Made by a program: the position numbers and the translations under genes. From Amphiscolops sp. MND2022 (lineage: Eukaryota): 64,000 nt of DNA. The DNA lies in contig OZ076409.1 in NCBI GenBank assembly GCA_964187785.1, forward strand, positions 77,316,001 to 77,380,000. Direction: 5' to 3'. The notes beneath the pieces were generated by a model that saw only the letters and a list, made by a program, of their open reading frames with translations, ran no database searches and had not been told where the DNA came from. Each line of letters opens with the position of its first letter. The stretch's first letter is position 1. Shown here piece after piece: positions 13,495 to 24,535 of this stretch.

Positions 13495-16400
13495 GTGAGC
13501 ACTTTTTGCTTTTTGCTATTGCGAGAAAAAAAGAATCCTGAAAATCAAATATCTAAAAACCAAGTTGAAATATGAGAGATAAAAGAAAAACTATAGAAAA
13601 TGATCTAAAATTTTTATGCACGAAAGCAAGTAGAAATATAGACATTGCCATTCAAAGTCGCTATTCTCATGTATGTCCACTAGCAATTTTTCAAAATGTA
13701 CTTCACTGTTAATATGTACTTCCTGTTCAGTTTGGCTCGTTTTCATCTTTTCAATTGTGATAAATCAGAAAAATGTTCAGAAAAATTTAACACCGATATG
13801 TTGTTTTTAGAAACATTTTGAAACCTAATGAGAATTCGAAAGTTGAAAGCATAATGACGGTTTATAAACAAAACCAGAATTTAATATGACAGTATCTTGA
13901 TCGAGCGTATGTTTTAACATATAGTTTAGCACAATCTTTATTAGTTTCAAGATTCACAAAAGACGAAGATTTGCGTTGATACAAGTTCTCAAAAGAAAAC
14001 TTAATTTGCTTGTTCAACTATAAAATGATAGTGATCTAAGTTCATCAAGACATGATATTAGCTGTAATTATTTATTAAAAACTTAGAAAATTCAGGGAAC
14101 TTCGTGTGGTAAATTAGGTACAATTACACTGCATTTTCACTACTGCAATATTTTCGCAAAAAAGTTTCCGTAAGAGTTTTGGAAAACCATAATAAAAGTC
14201 GCTGGCAACATTAAAGAACATGCAAAAAGTTCAAGCAGTTTCAACAAGGGCAGTCATTAATGGTTATTCCGGTTGGCTCAATCTCATAACGAATGTTGTC
14301 AAGTTAAATGGCGGCTCAGACAACCATATGTCGCAATTGATCGACAAATATAGCAATCATGGCGTGGATGGCTTGAATCTGTCACTTAAAATAACGAGGA
14401 ATACATTTAAACTATTAAGTAAAGGAAACGTAGATTCCATGAATGCATCGTTCGAAAAAAAACGAAGTGGCCTGCGTTGTGGAATTCAAAACTGAACAAA
14501 CGTTCACTTATAATTGAGGTTCTAATAAATTGCTGAGCGTTATGTTTGCTCCGACAATTGATTTTCAAAAAATCACCTTTTTCTGGTTTCAATACCGATA
14601 TAACTTCAACTATAGTTTTAGGCAGCAACTTTGATTGCATGTTACATAATTGTTTGAAACTACATATTTCAGTAGCTCTATTCTAAACGATAAACCATCA
14701 TAGTGGAAATGGATTTCAATGCCCAGGAATGCCAGACATCTGCCTGATTTTAATTATTTCTTCCAATTTTTATGCGGAGTCGGCATTTGTAGTGAAAATG
14801 ATTGTTGAGTTTTAAGAATCAAATGACAAATTCATAGTAATATCATTAATTTATCGGATGACACTGATTTAAAAAAGTCGAAGGTTCAAAATTAGTTTGA
14901 TTTTGAACCCAAGGGTCTCGTTTAGAGCTCATGTAAAAGCTTATATGACATTGGCCGGAAAGTTTCTATAGTGCTTTTGCTATTCCTAAGTATAATTGTG
15001 CATATAATTAAATTTACAAAAAAAATCAGCCTGCTTGTATTGTTTCAGGTGCTTGTTTGTTTTTCGCTGATGCTGAACAGAAAAAATGGATGGTAAGTTT
15101 TCATCATTATTATCGTTTTGTCAAGTGAAAGTTAATACAACAAAAATAACAGGAAGTCTTTTGTTCCTTCCAAGCAGTTGAACTCATGGAAACCTGAAAT
15201 AAACAACAAATTTCTTCATACTTGCAGTTGAGAATATTTTTGAAAAAAAATTATCACAGAAACTTCTTCTTCGTTTATGCTGAAAGCATGTTACCATGGA
15301 AATCTCGTTTTCCTAGTAAGTAGGTATTTTCCGTCCATTTTTAAATTTGCGAATGAAAAAATTATCTCTCAGCCGGGTTTCTTTCCAAATTTGGCAATAT
15401 GTTCCAATATATTCCAATTTTATACTCAAAAGATAGAGGTTTCTCCGTATAATTGTCGAATATGCCTTTGTGGAGATATGCCCCATTTTCGAGAAAAAAT
15501 GGCCGAATAATTTTTTCGACATTGACACCTAATTTGATTTCAAGGTCACTCTTAATGCGGATCCAGGCACAACGCATGTGATGTTTCTCATAGAGTCTAA
15601 TTTTCTGCAGGAACTTTTCTGCTTTTCGATTGGAACAAATATCCATCAAAATCAATATGATCAACATTTCCATATAGGAAAGGAAAATGGAAAATTACTA
15701 AGTGTGCTGCGTGTTTTTATTCTAATTTTTTGTATCCAAATTGAAAGCGCTCACCCATGAAATTCAATTAACATAAACTTAGTTTCGTGCGATATGTATT
15801 TGTAGAGTTTACTTGGATTTTTTTTGGCTGAAAGCAAACTGACCCACAAAATCACAGAAAGAGTGAATTTTTGAGCGCTATAGGCTTTTTTGTAGTTTTC
15901 AAAGATATTTGAGGGTGAGACAATCCAAAACAATCCTAGAAGATGTAACCAGCGCCCCAGGATGCTTCTTTGAAAAAATGATACGTTTGGTTGAAAAGTG
16001 GCTCAAACTACCCAAAACACCTGAAAACATCATAAATGAAGTTCCCATTTTCCGCCTTACCGGGGCATTTTAAAAGCAGATTTCGATTGTTCAAAAATTT
16101 AAAACATCCCAAGAGACCTATACAACCGACCAGCTAGTTATTCCGTACCCTGTTACGAAAAATAATTCGTTGTTTCTCCCATACAAGCCTCAAAATTACA
16201 CCAAAGAAAGTTAAGAAATCCAATTTTTTACTACTTTCGGCACATTCATAATTTTTTGAAAGAAGATTTCAAAGACACCCGCAGACTTCAAACAGTCATC
16301 TGTTACGTTTTTACGACGAATAATTTTGAGTTTATGGAGAAAATAGCCCTGAAATGACGAAAAAGAAAAACATTCGATAAATTTTTGACCCTTCTGTGAA

Positions 16401-17408
16401 ATTTTTGTTCTTTTTTGAACGTTTCGAAAAATTAGAAAATACACAGAGTTTCAAGATTACACAAATTATCCAACGAGCTTCTTAGAGGAGAAATTTTTTG
16501 TTGTTTGTCTAAAAAATACAAAAAAGCGTCGCAAAAAATCCAAATTTTTCCAAATTTCGACTTTTTGTAGCGGACAAGACGTTATTTCAGAGACTCAAAA
16601 TGAACCCAAAAGTTCAAAAATTCGAAAACTTCGAACTCTGAGAATTTAACGACAAACTTTTTCAGTTTCAAGGCATTGTTTAGTTTACATAATCCGGAGA
16701 AATAAGCAGCGAAAGAAAAACGTTTCCAGATGCGAAAAATGAAACTTCTGTCAGAAAAGGCCCCAAAAAGTCAACTTTTCTGTAATTTGGACCGTGTTAG
16801 CCAGTTTCCGTACTTTTTTCGAACTTTTAGGTGGGTATGAACAATGGAAGCGTTCAAAGACACAATAATAGTTTCTTCAGCATAATGACGAAAGTGAAAA
16901 GTGACGATGTTTTTTGAATTACAGGAAATAATCAATCAAGTGCTAAAATTTTTTAATGCTCTTTTTCGATACACTTGGTATACTTTTGTAGTATGAGTTT
17001 CCATGGAGTTTAATGACAAAAAAATGGGTACTAAACATTCTTTATTTGGAAAAACAATCAGTGAAATTTGGAAAAACGTGAAATGAATAGGAAAGAATAG
17101 AAATTTTCAGGCTTGAAACTTGAGAAAATGTCGCAGCTAATTCAGTTCGAGACGGAAAATGTACCGTTGCTCAGCGGCCGTCTTAGTTTTGAATCGGTCA
17201 CTTGATAATATTAATCATACATGGAATAATGAATTGGATGGATAACCTAGTTTTATTTCAGGAATACAAAAGATCAGCTCTGGAAACGGAAAGATACAAC
17301 AAAATTTTCCAGGAAGCAGTTAACGCGGTTTTAGGCGACGTTTGCGATAAATGCCCGCTAGAATGTGAGGAAATTTCCAAGAAGTGGATGGAATACAGAA
17401 GACGCTGA
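13449..17408 (+). CDS. Three-exon gene for a 78-aa secreted prepropeptide (candidate neuropeptide precursor with two WMEY copies); join(13449..13494,15049..15092,17262..17408)
   Basis: Spliced translation: MVANKQIVFGLMVVLGACLFFADA-EQKKWMEYKRSALETERYNKIFQEAVNAVLGDVCDKCPLECEEISKKWMEYRRR*. It has a hydrophobic signal peptide ending in A-D-A. Splice sites are canonical (G/gtgagc, tttcag/, ATG/gtaagt, tttcag/) and phases are compatible (1 then 0). The exon2/exon3 junction recreates KKWMEY, which recurs at the C-terminus. Confidence 0.85.
14075..14250 (+). mobile_element. Truncated CCC...GGG MITE copy in intron 1 of the WMEY gene
   Basis: Matches 21575-21650 followed by 22503-22605 and ends agtttcaacaaggg. 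Confidence 0.65.
15049..15092 (+). CDS. Exon 2 (44 nt) of the WMEY precursor: GACLFFADAEQKKWM
   Basis: Acceptor ttgtttcag ends at 15048 and donor GTAAGT starts at 15093; the exon completes the signal peptide and starts the first KKWMEY. Confidence 0.85.
17262..17408 (+). CDS. Exon 3 (coding part) of the WMEY precursor: EYKRSALE...CEEISKKWMEYRRR*
   Basis: Acceptor ttttatttcag ends at 17261; in frame with ORF-track entry 17202..17408; TGA ends at 17408. Confidence 0.85.
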   Translation, partial: EYKRSALETERYNKIFQEAVNAVLGDVCDKCPLECEEISKKWMEYRRR

Positions 17409-18154
17409 TTGGCCATTCAGGAGCCAATCATGTCAGGGAATTGATCTCAAACTCCATCAGATCAAATTTGAATTATTTTCTTGTCAGGAGTTATGAATGA
17501 AATATCATTAAACTGTTGAGTTCAATATCCTAATCAGCAATCGGTAATTAGTTTTTGCTGAAAAAAGTTAAACAACTCAGTAGTTTTGTTTCCCAAGATT
17601 TTTCCAGTTCAAGGATGCTTTGTATTTGGGTTGAAACGCTATTAATGAAGATGGAAATAAGGAAAAATAATTTTCAGTGTTGAATTTGACCAGTGCAAGT
17701 TTTTTAGGTAAACTTGCAAACTGTGAAAACAGTCATTGTGAAAAATTGGTGCAAGATATCTGAAAAGGCCTGTGGCGATTACAACCGTGGGTTATTACAA
17801 CCAAAGGTGAAGAAATATCTGGTTTAAAAAACTCCTCTGACAAAATAGCACAAAATTACTCGAATAACCCGCAAAAGTGTCTTTTTGTTTCGGAAGCTGG
17901 AAGACCTATTGAGTGCTTCATAAAAAATTACCTCAACTGGTATTCTAGAGCACCGACTACAGCGAACCATATGAGCAGCAAAAACCTGCTTGTAAAATTT
18001 CACCTACATCATAAGTTTTTTTGTCGCAAGTTTTCTGTACGTCTTTGTGCTTTAACAGCATGTTTACTTCATGGTGTCAACTCATATTTATACCTAGTTG
18101 CAGCTTCAAACACAAAAATGAGGGAACTTTTTGAAGCTTGGGGATACCAGTTAC

Positions 18155-19540
18155 TGTAAGGACTAAGGTCCCCTGTGTCCCTTAGATCAAAGGCAGACCT
18201 GCAGTCCTAGTTTGTAATTTTAGTTTTAAATTTAGTTTTAAACCCATTTGTTTCATCTCTGTTTTCATGGTTGTTTACAGACGATCTGGACTCAGTGTCC
18301 CTATTTCTTGAAGACATTGAACTTACAATATTTTGGATCTCTGGATTTACCTTTTTCAAAATTACTGAGCTAATAGCTCTATTGATTTGAGAATGCATCA
18401 TCTAATTCCTTTTCAATGGGGGTAAATATTTTCATTCCTAATCATCACGTCCATGTTGTCGAAACCAGACATCATGTACATTTCTCTGGACTTTCTAGCT
18501 TTTGCTTTTTGTCTCCTTGTCGAAGGCTTAAGAAATTGATACAAGTGAAGAAGTCAATTGGTTCTATCTTGTAAATCAGAGTTGTTTTGCGGATCAACTG
18601 AATATCACGGCAACAAGTTTCGAGATGGGATCCCTGAGACCAGTTTTCCCGGGAATATATACTCAAGCTTGCATGACGCGCATTATTACTACAGTCACGA
18701 ACTAAAAACAGAATAGACTATCACCAAAAATAGCTCCATCTATTCTTAGAAGTGATGACCTCAAGTCACTAAAATAACTTCAAAGAGATTGATCACCGAC
18801 AGGGGCGACTGAAACTATAAAAGCGCGAAATATTAAAGGTGTCCTACAAGGACAAATAACATTACATCTATTTCAAGAATTGAAGAATTCATGCAGATAT
18901 ACATGTGTCTATATTACATTAAGGGTCAGTGTACATCAGGTACAAATACATTCAGGGTTGGTACTAGTAGGGTAAGAGCGAAGGGGGTTCTCTTCTAACA
19001 GCATCAAATTGAGATTTAATCAGTTGTGTGATTATGAAATGCTTCATATTAAACAGCGCCTTTATTTTAGTGTAAGTTCGTACTAGCTGTCCACTAGTCA
19101 TCACTGCACAGTCTTTTAGCTGAGTGGCCGTAAACGGCCGTTAAATGAGAGCACAAACAAACGACGCAATATAGCAGTAAATACTCGTATCTGATTGGAC
19201 AAAAAGTTTTGGACTGCTTGTGTAAGACGACAAACGAGGAAATATTCGAACACGTTTCCTCAGCTTGTACGCCTCAGTGTCAATTATCAACAGCAATTGA
19301 ATATATAACAGCAATACCACACTAGACTAATAACATCGGCTTTAGTCGAAGTAAACTCATTTCGATATTCTGTCCAGTTGTTATCAAAACATTAGCAACA
19401 AATGTGGCACATAATAAGAACTGGAAACTTAGTTTTGAGTTTGTGAATGGCAGGTTTCCATTCAATCTAGGGGAATTGTCCCCGGCAAAGCCCGATGGAA
19501 GTTGTATGACATTGAGTACAGGTTGCCGCAGCTTGCGACA
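18155..19540 (-). mobile_element. Solo LTR (1386 bp) with a 5-bp TSD, containing a Gag N-terminal coding remnant
   Basis: GTTAC flanks both sides (18150-18154, 19541-19545). On - the ends are TGTCGCA...CCTTACA. 18155-18529 encodes (K)PSTRRQKAKARKSREMYMMSGFDNMDVMI…SQINRAISSVILKKVNPEIQNIVSS, homologous to the ORF at 46408. Confidence 0.85.
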
Positions 19541-19805
19541 GTTACAATTCAAAAAAGTTTATATCGAAGTAAATGAAGTTATATTTGGCTCATGTTTGAA
19601 AAACTCGTCAATTTTAGTTTGAAGTTTGGTGTTTTTTCAAAGAATTATAACAAGACGCTCGGTGAGCATCGGAATATTCTCCGCGCTGAAAGAGTTTGGC
19701 TCTAGCCTAGTCAATCAGCTTCCAAGCTTGAAAATCAATTAATCAGCTGTTGAGCTCTGTGTATATGAATACTCAGAGTTCAAAACTGTACAAAAAAAGC
19801 ATTGA

Positions 19806-20333
19806 ACGGTCAAAATTTCAAAATCACAAAACTAAATGGTCACAGACTGATCGAAGACTGATCATACCCATTTACGGTTACTCACCAACCAACTGAATGC
19901 ACCATATATGGTTCAGCCAATGGTCCGTCCTTTTCCATGAATGACGCATTAGCGTGACGCAGTCAATTCATGCAAAGAGCATTGATGAAGTTTTTGACTA
20001 TCTTTCACGACAAACAATTTTTTGGCATCTTTAGCTGCTGTAAACAACTAATGTTGAATGAAAACAATTCTTTCTGAATATGAGAACTACGAAAACAAAA
20101 CAGTCAAAATTCATATAAAATGAATTGTGTTACGTCGTCATGAGTTGTTTACAATTTTTTACAGCAGCTAAAGATTTAGGTTTTTCGTGAACGATAGGCA
20201 AAAACTTCATCATTGCTTTGCATGAATTGACTGCGTCACGCTAATATGTCATTCATGGAAAAGGACGGACGTATGATCAGTGTTCGATCAGCCTGTGACC
20301 AATTAGTTTTGTGATTTTGAAATTTTGACTGTG
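19806..20333. mobile_element. Foldback/MITE with ~175-bp imperfect terminal inverted repeats
   Basis: 19806-20045 (with a ~60-bp insertion) is the reverse complement of 20157-20333; right end ...ttttgactgtg; no TSD recognised. Confidence 0.8.
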
Positions 20334-21405
20334 GCAACACCACTTAGGTGTCTACGCGTTTCAGATCGTCAAAAATTTTGCTTACACAATGTTGACGTTG
20401 AAAGTTGATATAGAAGTGCCTTTCACCTCAAGGGAACTTGATTCTAAATTGATCATAGAATTGGATATAGGTAAAAGCTTTAAATGTTTAAAATTTTGGA
20501 TCCTTTTCTGTTAATGTTTTACTCCCAATCCCGGAAAATTTGTCAGTAAATGTGGAAACCGTATTTTGATAAAAAATACTATTAACATTGAAAATTGCTC
20601 TTTATCCGAATCATTAGGGTTTTTCTCTGATTTTATCAGGACTGATCTGGAGGAAGGCAAAGGAAACACTTAATTTTGAACTGTCTTTTTGAATCTTTTC
20701 AGGCACAAATCCAATGACCAGTTTTCATGCCAGGTTTTTGTTTTAGTTCATAGTTAGTATTCCGTTACTTGACACATTATTCAAGCTGAAAAGTGCCCGT
20801 TTCCTCCTTCAGAATATCTTCGAAATGTTTATTGCATCGTTTACTATAGCTCCTTTTTAGTTACACAGTTGTCTTTTTAATGACACATCAGGCTTAAACC
20901 TGGAGTCAATTCTCTTGACTCCTTCTCGTTCAGAAGATTATAATGCCATTTTGGACAGAAACGTTGAAAATTTCAATGGGTGCAATCATTCGGGATAACA
21001 ATCCACTGGCACCACACCATTACTGTGCAAAGTTATAAACGTGGTTGTTATAATGATAATGCGGTGAACGCATATCTAAAATATTGATGTTATAATCTAA
21101 AAATACTGAAATTCGCCGATAATCGACGTAAATTCAATGAGAGAGAGAGAGAGTCTTAACGAAGAACGTTTCAGTGCTTCCGTTTTTTTCACAGATCTGA
21201 ATTCACAGAAGTGAATTGAATGTAAACCCTAGTTGAGACTGCAGGAACTTTTTGCATGCTGCAGGCCTGCATGCAGGGTAATTGTTTACACAGAGGCGAA
21301 GCGGTGCTTCGCAACACATGACGAAGACATCGATTATTTTAATATGCGTATATATTACTTTAATCGCATGCGTATATATTCAACAGTTCAACTTTGTTCA
21401 ATAAC

Positions 21406-21474
21406 GTCCCTATGGCACAGTGGTCAACACTTATGCCGTGCAATCGGGAGGCTGCAGGTTCGAATCTATCTGGG
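21406..21474 (+). other. tRNA-derived (SINE-like) segment within an insertion in the MITE
   Basis: A-box-like TGGCACAGTGG (21413) and B-box-like GGTTCGAATC (21457) at tRNA-like spacing; no intact cloverleaf. Confidence 0.45.
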
Positions 21475-21849
21475 TTTTTGGCTTTTATCTAAAAGGCGCT
21501 CATTATGAAGTTGACTATTGTGGAAAAAAAACTTACTTAGCTGGACTGCAATGCACATTGACTTCGTCATGTGCAATAAAACCTAGAAAATTCAGTGGTA
21601 ATTCAGGTGGTAAGTCTTGTAGAATTACACTGCATTTTCCACTACTGCAATTAAATTTGAAAATAAAAACCACTTCATCACCGACACAATCACTTTGGAT
21701 TTGCACTTTGTTTTCTCAATTACCCACTACTGTGATCACCGCCTCTCAAATAGCACGCTAAACATGACACAAATTTGCAGTTTATTAGGCGACTGAAGTT
21801 ATTTTGCATGTTATACTGATATCAACTTATTTGCTTTTAAAATTATAAC

Positions 21850-22399
21850 CCCTGGTTGAAACTTCTTGAACTTTTTGCATGTACTTTAATGTTGCCAGCA
21901 ACTTTTATTATGATTTTCTAAAACTCTTACGGAAACTTCAATGCGAAAATATTTACCTGTTGTATTCGACTTTTATCAAGCTGCTTGAAAGATTCATCAA
22001 AGTTTTGGCGGCAATTTTAGTCCTTGAAGTTTTGCAGGTTTCTTAAAGAAGCTGTTCTAATTTTAAAAGCAAATAAATCGCTCTTAGTTCAACAGCCATT
22101 TTAATGCAAAATAACTTCAGTCACGTAATAAACTGCAAAGTAGCGTCATGTTTAGCGTCCTATTTGAAAAGCGGTGATCACATCAGATGAGTTGTTGAGA
22201 AAACAAAGTGTAAATACAAAATGGTCGTGTCGGTGATGATGTTGTATTTATTTTCAAATTTAATTGCAGTAGTGGAAAATGCAGTGTAATTCTACAAGAT
22301 TTACCGCCTGAAATGTCACTGAATTTTCTAGGTTTTATAAAAAATTACCCTGCATGCAGGCCTGCAGCATGTAAAAAGTTACTGCAGTCTCAACTAGGG
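21850..22399 (-). mobile_element. Second copy of the same MITE nested in opposite orientation, 2-bp TSD AC
   Basis: ac-CCCTGGTTGAAACT...AGTCTCAACTAGGG-ac; its reverse complement is colinear with the outer copy once the insert is removed. Confidence 0.8.
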
Positions 22400-23350
22400 A
22401 CTGCTGCTTAATTAAACCTGCAAAACTTTAAGGCTTAAAATTGCCGTCAAAATTTTGATGAATCTTTCAAGCAGCTTGATAAAAGTTAGATACAACAGGT
22501 AAATATTTCCGCATGAAAGTTTCCGTAAGAGTTTTAGAAAATCATGATAAAAGTTGCTGGCAACATTAAAGTACATGCAAAAAGTTTAAGAAGTTTCAAC
22601 AAGGGAAAGCAAGCCCAAATACGTTACACCCCATTCATATTACGTGTTCACGATTTTACAGATGTGCCTTATATGTTTCCTTTTCAGATTTCAAAGTGTA
22701 AAACTACCAAGCTCTTCGGTTTCAGTATTCTTAGCAGATGTTGTTTTTGAAAAATGAGAGAGGACGAGCAATCAACTAGAATTAGACAATTACTTGAGCT
22801 CGTCTCAAAAAATTGACTCTTCTGGAAAATACATATTCTTTATCTCACTTACAGACCTCTATTGAAATCTTAGTTTCAATGGTCTTTTCTTTTTCAACGA
22901 ATTGTGCCGGCAACTATTGAAGCGACTGACAGTTTAGTGTATAAAAAATTTCCATTTGGGCTAGTGGACAGAATGAGTGATACATTGGGATCGAATCCCG
23001 CGTTGCAGTGACAAATTTTTGTTGGGAAAAACTAGACGGAGCCAAAGGCTCCCCTCCTTCTGTTGTCTTTTCGGCACTGTGCGACTTTTTAGAAAAGTTT
23101 TTTGTATTCACCGAAAGTTTTCGTTACTAGAATTTTTCGTATTTTCAGTGAAAGAAAAGAGGTGAGAATTTTCTTGTTGTTCCAGAAATAGACCGTAAGA
23201 AAATTTTGAAAATTATCTTTGTTTGAGTTGAAAATTTTAAAACTTCACAGCGATCAAAATATTCAAGATACTTAGAATTTTTGTCAATTCTTTTAAAATC
23301 ATTTCTTCGTTGAGAAAAAAACAGCCCCCCCCAAAAAAAAATACTTCAAA

Positions 23351-23694
23351 CTGAAAGTAGAGCACGATTACTTCAAAATAGTGGCTTCCTTCCCTACTAA
23401 AATTTTTCAACTAGGGCATTTTCTAACTACCTCAGTTGATACTTCCTCAACCTCCTCACGTGGCGAATATAGTCAACTGCGGGAAGTCTTGGCAAAGCTT
23501 GGAAACCCAGAGTCTGTAAATTGTCTGAAAGTAAAGGACGATTACTTCCATATAGTGGCTTCCTTCCACAACAAAAATTAGAGACCATTTTGCAACTACT
23601 TCACTCGATACTTCCGCACTCTCCCGTCGCGAATACACTCAGTTCCGGGAAGTCGTGACAAACTTCGGAAGCCCAGAGTCTGTAAATTGTCTGA
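23351..23694. repeat. Diverged tandem repeat, 2 x ~174 bp
   Basis: cgattacttc...atagtggcttccttcc...cccagagtctgtaaattgtctga occurs twice (anchors 23365 and 23539). Confidence 0.8.
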
Positions 23695-24370
23695 CGTCGA
23701 ACAATTAGTTTGCAAAGTGATTCCGTCAGCAAATTTTGGTGACCTTCAAATCATTGCAATATCATTTGGAATTTGTTTTTAGTTGCACATTCCATTAAAA
23801 GATGTTCCGGACATTACGATGACTTGTTTTCTTTTTCTTTCTTCAGACCATCTTTCGAACAGACATTTGCAGTAAAGTCCCGCCATTCGGCCTAGTGGCT
23901 AGGATGCGCGCTTTGGCAGCACAAGGATGTGGGTTCGATGTTTTAATAGTAGACGGTATTAAATGGTTCCCTTTGGGATATTTTTTGGCTCTGTGTGTCC
24001 AAAATTACTCCAAAAAGACCAAATATATCCGAAATTGCCTATATTTTCCAAATTTTGACCATTTCCAGAGAATTTCCAAGAAGGTTCTGAATTATTCAGT
24101 TGGTGAAAATATCTAGACAGTTCTACCATGGTAAACTACCAGTATGGTTTCGATAATCCTTTTCAAAAACGGATCCTTTTCTCAGAGGAAGAGTATACTA
24201 AGAAACTAATTAATTTTTTTCAACCTTGTAGAATCGGATACCCACAAAACTTCCAGAACGCACAATTTCTACGAAAACCGTTCAAAAAAGAAAAAAGATT
24301 CAACTTTTGGTCCATTGCATAAAGTTTTTGGAATGAAAACTACATATTCATTCTACAATATTTAACAGCT

Positions 24371-24535
24371 CCCTAGTCGAGATTGCTTGAACTTTTTACA
24401 TGCTGCATGGGAACATGCAGGTTAATTTTTTTCTACAAAACATGGAAATTACCGGGAGCCTGCTTGGAAGCATTTTGTAGGATTACAATGCAGTCTCCGC
24501 TATTTGAACTAAAACTGAAAACATTTCCACTTCTT
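24371..24535 (+). mobile_element. Partial CCC-MITE left end
   Basis: ccctagtcgagattgcttgaactttttacatgctgcatg is similar to 21227. Confidence 0.6.

Larger units (their letters stand above)
21227..22605 (+). mobile_element. CCC...GGG MITE (CMC/CACTA-like), outer copy with 2-bp TSD AA
   Basis: Termini CCCTAGTTGAGACTGCAGGAACTTTTTGCATG and CATGCAAAAAGTTTAAGAAGTTTCAACAAGGG; aa on both flanks; contains two insertions. Confidence 0.75.

Noticed and set aside
17101..17162. Extra exon after the acceptor-like ttttcag at 17110
   Set aside because: In the required phase 0 it reads GCT TGA (immediate stop) and would break the KKWMEY junction
17202..17261. N-terminal part of ORF-track entry 17202..17408
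   Set aside because: Intronic read-through from a TTG start; coding sequence begins after the acceptor ending at 17261
23882..23945. tRNA gene
   Set aside because: A- and B-box-like motifs only; acceptor and T stems do not pair, so at most a decayed SINE head (same for 21406-21474 and 58130-58196)
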